From a virus (lineage: Duplodnaviria > Caudoviricetes), in the IMG/VR virus record IMGVR_UViG_3300021256_001754, positions 128,001-192,000 of that record: DNA of 64,000 nucleotides; one strand, written 5' to 3'. How positions within the stretch are numbered: the first letter of the stretch is position 1; the number at the start of each line of letters is the position of its first letter. Shown here piece by piece: positions 57,839 through 64,000 of the stretch. Made by a program: the position numbers and the translations under genes. The notes beneath the pieces are model-generated. The model did no database searches. It worked only from the letters and a program-made list of their open reading frames with translations, and was not told the origin of the DNA.

Positions 57839-59548
57839 TTATCTCTTTTGTTTCTTTATATAAGCATCCATTTCTTCATTAAGACGTTTAGATACTTTCT
57901 CCATAGTCTCTCTATCAAGTTCATCTGATAGATACTTATTCCACCAGTTTTCTACAGCTTTATCTGTAAGAATAAGTTTACCAACTCTTGTAATATCATC
58001 TCTATTCTGTTTAAGCTGCTCTAAATCTTTCATTATAGCTTTTCTTAAAGCAGGACTCATATTCTTCTTCTTAAGCTCTTGTTCCAGAGTATAGATCTGA
58101 TCTTCGATTCTAGCTATAAGAGAAGGATGTTCGTCATAGATATTTACCAGCATTCTACCAGGAATTCTCTCTAATGCAAGATAAGCGCTAAGTAATGGTA
58201 TGCTATTGATAAATTTATCAACACCATAATCATTGTAGTACATCTTGGTTAAAGCTGATTGCTGTGCTGCACCATATCCATATACCGTAGGGAATTTATC
58301 AGCAGCCATTTCTCCAGTACGTTCGAAGAATTCTTTCTTCTTTTTCTGCTTAGCTTTTGCTATAGCAACTGCTGGTATTTGCATTAATGCTACAATTCCT
58401 CTAGGTATACCAAGCAATACCACATTAAGCAATTTAGATATAGAAGATAATACAACCTTTACATCCCAGTCGAATTTCTTCTTATTGAAATCATCTTTTC
58501 TTCTTCTTTCAGATGTAGGAGAAACTCTATCTTCTATATAAGCCCAGTTTGATACATATTTGAGAACTTCTGCTTTATACTCATACATAGTATTCAGTAT
58601 ACAATAAGCCATCATCTCGTCATATCTATTCAAGATATATGTATTATCATAAGCCTTCATAGCTGGATCAATGAAATCCTGGAAGTTATGACCAATTTCA
58701 TGAAGCAATATTGCTACTAATTCCTCGGAAGATATAGATCTATCATTAAATAGACCTGTTGTGATACATACAACTACACAAAGTCCATTATTAGGTTTAT
58801 ATCTAAATCCATCTCTCTGTGTTGCTGATATACCATTGGCTCTGATAGATTGATCTATAGCTACATCAAGCATATATCCTACAGTAAAAGTCCAAGCATT
58901 TGGTGCTGGATATGGTTCAAGATGTAAACTGAATAGATCCATTCCAAACTGAGCTTCGAATAATGCATTTATATCCTGTACTAATGGTAATGTATCAAAT
59001 ACACCATACTGATCTTCTGTTATGGTATTTCTAAGCTCAGTAAATTTCTCTTCGATACTGATAAGATTCTGAGATTTGCCAAAGTATACTTCTCTAACTA
59101 AGAAAGTATGATCGTTTGGTACAACATCGTTGAATTCAAATATTATATTACCATCATCTGTATAAGATACAGCTCTAACTTCCTTTAGATCTTTTACTCT
59201 AGAATCTTTAGAAAGTTTATTTGCTAATAGATCTGTTGGTATAACCTTATCACAAATTATACCGCTGCTCTCATCTATAGATTTAAATATATTTACAGTA
59301 AACTGCTTATTTGTCAGATTATGAGAGAAGTACTCTAATTTAGGAATTTTGATATCACCATCGATATCTCCACTTTCTTTAAGAGCAGTCATTGCTGTAT
59401 ACATATCTTTGCGTACAACAATAGAGTGGTTTAATTTCTCAATCCAATCTTTTGTGATCTCTTGTAAAGAATCAGAAATTTTTGCTGCTTCTACCATATC
59501 CAAATCATTAGAAAGACATATAGAAGATTTAAATTCACGTAAGTCCAC
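57839..59548 (-). CDS. Zinc metallopeptidase (HExxH, M48-like)
   Basis: ELVAILLHEIGH, EMAADKF and HPSLIARI. Confidence 0.75.
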   Translation of the reverse strand: MDLREFKSSICLSNDLDMVEAAKISDSLQEITKDWIEKLNHSIVVRKDMYTAMTALKESGDIDGDIKIPKLEYFSHNLTNKQFTVNIFKSIDESSGIICDKVIPTDLLANKLSKDSRVKDLKEVRAVSYTDDGNIIFEFNDVVPNDHTFLVREVYFGKSQNLISIEEKFTELRNTITEDQYGVFDTLPLVQDINALFEAQFGMDLFSLHLEPYPAPNAWTFTVGYMLDVAIDQSIRANGISATQRDGFRYKPNNGLCVVVCITTGLFNDRSISSEELVAILLHEIGHNFQDFIDPAMKAYDNTYILNRYDEMMAYCILNTMYEYKAEVLKYVSNWAYIEDRVSPTSERRRKDDFNKKKFDWDVKVVLSSISKLLNVVLLGIPRGIVALMQIPAVAIAKAKQKKKKEFFERTGEMAADKFPTVYGYGAAQQSALTKMYYNDYGVDKFINSIPLLSAYLALERIPGRMLVNIYDEHPSLIARIEDQIYTLEQELKKKNMSPALRKAIMKDLEQLKQNRDDITRVGKLILTDKAVENWWNKYLSDELDRETMEKVSKRLNEEMDAYIKKQKR

Positions 59549-59560
59549 AGCTATCCCTCC

Positions 59561-61789
59561 TTATACGTTTGTAAAAATATCATTTAGATTTCCTTTATCA
59601 GCAGTAGATCCATACATCCCATATTCTTCGTCTTCGTAAATACCATTATATTCATTTTGGATAAATATACTATCAGGTAGTCTTACGGTTGACCTAGCAG
59701 GATCTTCTACAGTTGTATTATATTTTTTCTCATAAGCAGCTCTTGCAACTGGATTGGTCAACATTGCTTGAGTTCTCTGCTCATCTATTTCATATTGTAC
59801 TTTATCAAATTCACTTGCTGTTTTATATCTGGAAGCATCTTTTATATATTCTCTCATTCTGCTATATTCAGAATTTTCTTCTACTTCAGCAGAATCCAAG
59901 TCTATTAATTCATAACCATTCTTCTCAAGTTGCTCAAGATCACCATCAATAACTTCTTCATCTTCGTCTGTCTTTATACTAAACTTACGTATACCAAATT
60001 CTCTTGACAAGAATGCAGCATTATCATATAGAGGTCTTAATGCATGTAGATATGAGAATACTTGGTCGTCATGTGCATCATTACTGTGTTCGATTTTACC
60101 ATTAGGTTTCATAACCATAGTAGTTAATTCTGAATGCAATAATGGTGCTATAAATTTATCTTTATGGTATGCAATTCTATCAAACAGAATATCTATCATT
60201 CTATTACGAACGTCTTTTGTAGAATCTGTACCATATACTTTTACTAATCGTTTCTCTTTACCAAATCTATATCCATTAAAAGATTCCTCTATAACTTTTT
60301 CTTTTATTTCGTAATATAGATTTCTCTTTATAGAAGATTTAGTAAGTCTTGAAATTATCGGGTTTCCAAAGCCACCATTTCTCTCTATAATAATAACACC
60401 TTGAGGCATATATTCTGTTACCAACCTAAATAGCAAATCTGCTAAATCATCTGCAGGTATAAAGTTACAGTTGAATGTAGCACATACTCTTGTTGTTCTA
60501 CTATCAACTACTGTAACAGCAGAACTATCATGATGGGTTGCACCAGAAGGGTCAACTCCAATCAAAGGTGGATAACGTAAATCTATATCCTCATAAATTT
60601 GGAATTGATATTGACCTGCTCTACCAAATAGAATTGTTCTAATTGGATCATGACAGAATTGTTTTATAATTTCCAAATCATCTATATTAAACGGACAATC
60701 ATCTGATGCCTGAGCCCATTCAAGAAGAACTTCTCGTCTAATCTTAGGCCAATCGTTTTCAAGCTCTCTACACATAGCATTGAAGTAATCCATACCTTTA
60801 CCCAATTGCTGATATGTAAATCGTACCAAGAAGAAAGATGATTTAGTATTAGCATTCTGTAACTCTTGGAATTTGGCTAAATCATAATCGTAATATCTTT
60901 CATCCCAAGGAGTAGCAGCATTTCTAATTTTATAAGCATATTTACCTTGATCTGTTGTAAGATCTCCAGGTGTTGTGGTTAATACGATACCATAAGGTGC
61001 ATGGTTAAGTTTAGCCAATTCTTTTGCTGTTGAATATGCAGGAACAGCAGCACCATATGCTTCGTCATTAAATATCATCCATGCAAACTCATCCCAATAC
61101 TGTAAAGGTACTGTAGCACCACGACCTAGATTACTAGCAGCTGCTCTAGATCTAGCTGATGCGAATGTGGTAATCTTGTTATTATTGAGAGGGTGTTGCA
61201 TTGATACTATGGTATTAGGAACTTTAAGTTTCTTTCCATCCATACCTGTAGCAGAACTCATTTGCAGATATGATGGTAAAGCATCTCTTATTTCTCTAAG
61301 ACGTTTTAAGTTTCCTTTAGAACCAGCATGGTCTTTATGCATAAACATAATTTCTGCATTAGAACTACCAAAATTGTATATCCATAAATATCGACATACA
61401 GATGTAGTTGTTTTACCAAACTGTCTTGGGAACTCTACAAACATATTACAGTTTAGAGTAAATAGATAATTCATTGCTAATGAACCTCTATCCAATCTAT
61501 ATTTAAAGAAACCACCAGATGCTGGTATACGTACAACTTCTCGTAAATAATACCAATAGTTTACCATACATTCTCGCAATACTTTTTGTTTCTGTATAGA
61601 AGTGAGTTGTGGATCATAAGGATCAACTCCGGCTAATGATGGATCGTATAGTGCTAGAAAGAAACTATTATTTGCAATACCTTTACGTTTCAGATAATAA
61701 TGCATATCTAGAAACGATTTATTATTTGTCTCTAAGTGCAAATAGATAAGTTGTCTATTAGCTATAGATGTACCAGGCAAAACCGCCAT
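59561..61789 (-). CDS. terL: Terminase large subunit
   Basis: Walker A FPRQFGKTT, Walker B YWDEFA, TTTPG, nuclease motifs IGVDPS and HDDQV. Confidence 0.92.
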   Translation of the reverse strand: MAVLPGTSIANRQLIYLHLETNNKSFLDMHYYLKRKGIANNSFFLALYDPSLAGVDPYDPQLTSIQKQKVLRECMVNYWYYLREVVRIPASGGFFKYRLDRGSLAMNYLFTLNCNMFVEFPRQFGKTTTSVCRYLWIYNFGSSNAEIMFMHKDHAGSKGNLKRLREIRDALPSYLQMSSATGMDGKKLKVPNTIVSMQHPLNNNKITTFASARSRAAASNLGRGATVPLQYWDEFAWMIFNDEAYGAAVPAYSTAKELAKLNHAPYGIVLTTTPGDLTTDQGKYAYKIRNAATPWDERYYDYDLAKFQELQNANTKSSFFLVRFTYQQLGKGMDYFNAMCRELENDWPKIRREVLLEWAQASDDCPFNIDDLEIIKQFCHDPIRTILFGRAGQYQFQIYEDIDLRYPPLIGVDPSGATHHDSSAVTVVDSRTTRVCATFNCNFIPADDLADLLFRLVTEYMPQGVIIIERNGGFGNPIISRLTKSSIKRNLYYEIKEKVIEESFNGYRFGKEKRLVKVYGTDSTKDVRNRMIDILFDRIAYHKDKFIAPLLHSELTTMVMKPNGKIEHSNDAHDDQVFSYLHALRPLYDNAAFLSREFGIRKFSIKTDEDEEVIDGDLEQLEKNGYELIDLDSAEVEENSEYSRMREYIKDASRYKTASEFDKVQYEIDEQRTQAMLTNPVARAAYEKKYNTTVEDPARSTVRLPDSIFIQNEYNGIYEDEEYGMYGSTADKGNLNDIFTNV

Positions 61790-61888
61790 ATATTATTCAA
61801 CTCCTTTCTGGGAGATATCCCATATTATATGAAAGTTCGCCAAATAAAATTACCGAGCTCACAATATTATAAAAAGGAGGTGCCGAAT

Positions 61889-62617
61889 ATGAAACAAATT
61901 ATAATTTATATTATTGGTATCATGATCGTGTGTGTAATTGGTGGTTTTGTTGCTTTTGAGTTGAAGAAATCGAAAAATGGAGATGAGGAATTAAGGAAAT
62001 TTCTTGATACTCTTAAAAACGAATTGGTAATGTGTATTGTAAATCAAATATCCAATATCAATTTAAATATATTCAAGAGCGAAGAATCAATGCTTGAATT
62101 TGAAGAGACTTTTCTTGGTGGTATTTATTCTTCTTCTCTAGAGATAATTACTAGAGAATTAGAGTCAAGAAAAACTCAAATGCCTATAACGTATTTGATC
62201 ATAAAGCATACTCTTACAGAAGATAAGATTAAAGCTTATTTGAATACACTTATATCTGATGCAGATATACAGACAAAGATTTCTGAGTTATATAATACAT
62301 TATTATCTAGCAAATATAAAGAGATAGAAGAAGCTGATCGTGAACTTGAAAAAGAGCAGGAAATGTATAATAATGGTTTAGATGATTCTCAGGAATCTGA
62401 TATAGTTTTAAATACTGACATAGATCCAGAACGTGGGCTCGCTAAAGAGGAACAGATAATTCCTCAGACAGATGAGGGAACTATGTTTGTAGATACAGAT
62501 ATCGATGAAGAGGTATCTAACGCAGAGTATAGTAGTTATCTTGCCGTAGCAAATAAGGGATTATTTGATGTAAGCGAAGGAAAGAAACTACATAATGAGG
62601 CATTAAAGAAAGTGTGA
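61889..62617 (+). CDS. Membrane-anchored hypothetical protein
   Basis: Start MKQII with AAGGAGGTG RBS; N-terminal TM segment. Confidence 0.7.
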   Translation: MKQIIIYIIGIMIVCVIGGFVAFELKKSKNGDEELRKFLDTLKNELVMCIVNQISNINLNIFKSEESMLEFEETFLGGIYSSSLEIITRELESRKTQMPITYLIIKHTLTEDKIKAYLNTLISDADIQTKISELYNTLLSSKYKEIEEADRELEKEQEMYNNGLDDSQESDIVLNTDIDPERGLAKEEQIIPQTDEGTMFVDTDIDEEVSNAEYSSYLAVANKGLFDVSEGKKLHNEALKKV

Positions 62618-62621
62618 TAGT

Positions 62622-62753
62622 ATGGAAGTAAAAGGATATACTGTTCCTAATGGCTATATGGGTTATTGTGAAGGGCAGTACAGATTATTCTCTACAGAAG
62701 AAGAGTATAGAGAGTATATATCAGAAATCACAGAAGAAGAAAATGACGACTGA
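62622..62753 (+). CDS. Small protein (43 aa, not in the ORF track)
   Basis: MEVKGYTVPNGYMGYCEGQYRLFSTEEEYREYI..., resembling a small Clostridia hypothetical family; terminator follows. Confidence 0.6.
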   Translation: MEVKGYTVPNGYMGYCEGQYRLFSTEEEYREYISEITEEENDD

Positions 62754-62847
62754 TAGAGGAGGGATAAAGATTCCCTCCTCTATTTTTATTATTAATATTT
62801 TACAATTTCTTTTACTGAGTAATAAAAAGTATTCCGGAGGGAACTCT

Positions 62848-63321
62848 ATGAGCTACATTGGTAGAGAAGTCTCGTTTTCAGTTGACGGTCAACCTAAAGG
62901 AAAAATGAGGCCTAGGTTTAATGGTAAAACTGGTCATACCTATACACCAAAAGAAACTGTTAATTACGAGAATTATGTAAAAATATCTTATAGAATGGAA
63001 CACCAGAATGAAAAGCTTGAAGGTCCTATAGAAGCAGAAATTACTGGGATATTTCCAATACCTAAATCTACAAGCAAAAAGAAATCACAAGCAATGCTTG
63101 ACGGTGGGATCAAGTATACTAAAAAGATTGATTGTGATAATCTCGCAAAGAGTGTATTAGATGCATTAAATGGTATCGCATATGACGATGATGCACAAGT
63201 ATACTCTCTAAAAGTCTGCAAGATATATGGAGAACAACCTAGAGTTGATATAACTCTAAGGGAGTCTATCAATGTTGAGCACAAAATTATAAAACCATTA
63301 TATTTTTTCGAAGGGGTTTAA
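62848..63321 (+). CDS. rusA: RusA-family Holliday junction resolvase
   Basis: PKGKMRPR, YTPKET and KIDCDNLAKSVLDALNGIAYDDDAQV. Confidence 0.9.
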   Translation: MSYIGREVSFSVDGQPKGKMRPRFNGKTGHTYTPKETVNYENYVKISYRMEHQNEKLEGPIEAEITGIFPIPKSTSKKKSQAMLDGGIKYTKKIDCDNLAKSVLDALNGIAYDDDAQVYSLKVCKIYGEQPRVDITLRESINVEHKIIKPLYFFEGV

Positions 63322-63322
63322 A

Positions 63323-63721
63323 ATGTTTAAAAAAGAATGCTTTGAATTACAGAAAGTGCTAGTCTCACTTTATCAGAATAATATGGATATAAGGCGAGAT
63401 AGAGATAGCTATTTTGCTACATATATGTGTGGTAAGTTTAAGACATATACATCTTATTTAACAAATACAAACTCTATCACAGTATCAGTTCCAAAAAAAG
63501 ATGTAGAATCTGCAAATGTAATTATAGATTACTTTAAAACCACAAACGGTTGTTTTGTAGAGAGATTAGCAACTACATATAGAAATATATTCCACGAAGC
63601 CTTTAAGGAAAGAAATTGTAATATCAATTTCTTTGAATTAGGATATGAATGTGCAAATATAACAGATGTTACTGTTGGTTCATCTAATGATTATACAGTC
63701 ATATTTAATTTCTATAATTAA
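63323..63721 (+). CDS. Hypothetical protein
   Basis: 132 aa ORF immediately after rusA. Confidence 0.65.
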   Translation: MFKKECFELQKVLVSLYQNNMDIRRDRDSYFATYMCGKFKTYTSYLTNTNSITVSVPKKDVESANVIIDYFKTTNGCFVERLATTYRNIFHEAFKERNCNINFFELGYECANITDVTVGSSNDYTVIFNFYN

Positions 63722-63819
63722 ACTACCATTACACTGGTAGTAAATGTATAAAAATACATTAAGTATAACAAAAATATAAGAAATAATTCTTAATATATAA
63801 TATTTTGGAGGAAAGTATA

Positions 63820-64000
63820 ATGGCACTTAATAATGCAGGAAATTACAACAATAGCAATGCTGGTGATGGAAGAAAGCAGTTGTATGATCAGACATACTAT
63901 TCAAGAACTCGTTTCAAGAACCCAGCAGACAAACTCTCACTTGGTTTCCAGTTTACAAAGGGAATGCTTGTTGTTGATATTGCTAAGCAGAAAGATGGAT
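63820..64000 (+). CDS. Partial ORF running off the window
   Basis: GGAGG RBS; MALNNAGNYNNSNAGDGRKQLYDQTYYSR...; late promoter at 63767. Confidence 0.7.
   Translation, partial: MALNNAGNYNNSNAGDGRKQLYDQTYYSRTRFKNPADKLSLGFQFTKGMLVVDIAKQKDG

Noticed and set aside
62650-62847. N-terminal extension of the RusA ORF
   Set aside because: It overlaps a better 43-aa ORF and a terminator; the RBS supports 62848.
1-64000. CRISPR array, rRNA, introns/inteins or stop-codon recoding
   Set aside because: No regularly spaced repeats or rRNA seen; core genes are long and uninterrupted in the standard code, with TAA, TGA and TAG all used as stops.

Overview
This is a very AT-rich window from a jumbo phage of the AR9/PBS1 (phiKZ-related) type, with no cellular genes. 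Firmicutes-style Shine-Dalgarno sites, a His-less HPr-like gene and a Clostridia-type DGR remnant suggest a Clostridia/Lachnospiraceae-like host (inference). From about 17 kb to 64 kb lie the core genes: multisubunit RNA polymerase beta and split beta' subunits, major capsid protein, prohead protease, split family-B DNA polymerase, tubulin/FtsZ-like protein, baseplate proteins, head proteins, a metallopeptidase, large terminase and RusA. From 1 to 17 kb is an accessory region of paralog arrays, a nicotinamidase, SLOG and HTH genes and tRNA-Thr(UGU). The most striking unannotated signal is five intergenic, same-strand, start-less reading frames (1003, 5122, 6512, 7935, 14438). Each opens at the same in-frame T-GAT-GA core (x-D-D/E-L/I) shortly after an in-frame stop and encodes a different tail-fibre-tip-like C-terminal domain. 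One of them is a DGR target, followed by a collapsed avd/RT remnant. This looks like a dispersed silent-cassette library for swapping receptor-binding tips. Other observations: several hairpin RNAs with anti-Shine-Dalgarno loops, six apparently catalytically dead prohead-protease paralogs, a palindromic motif that brackets the DGR remnant and recurs inside a BRO gene, and a recurrent ACA-N6-TA late-promoter motif. All family assignments come from motif recognition by eye; no database searches were run.
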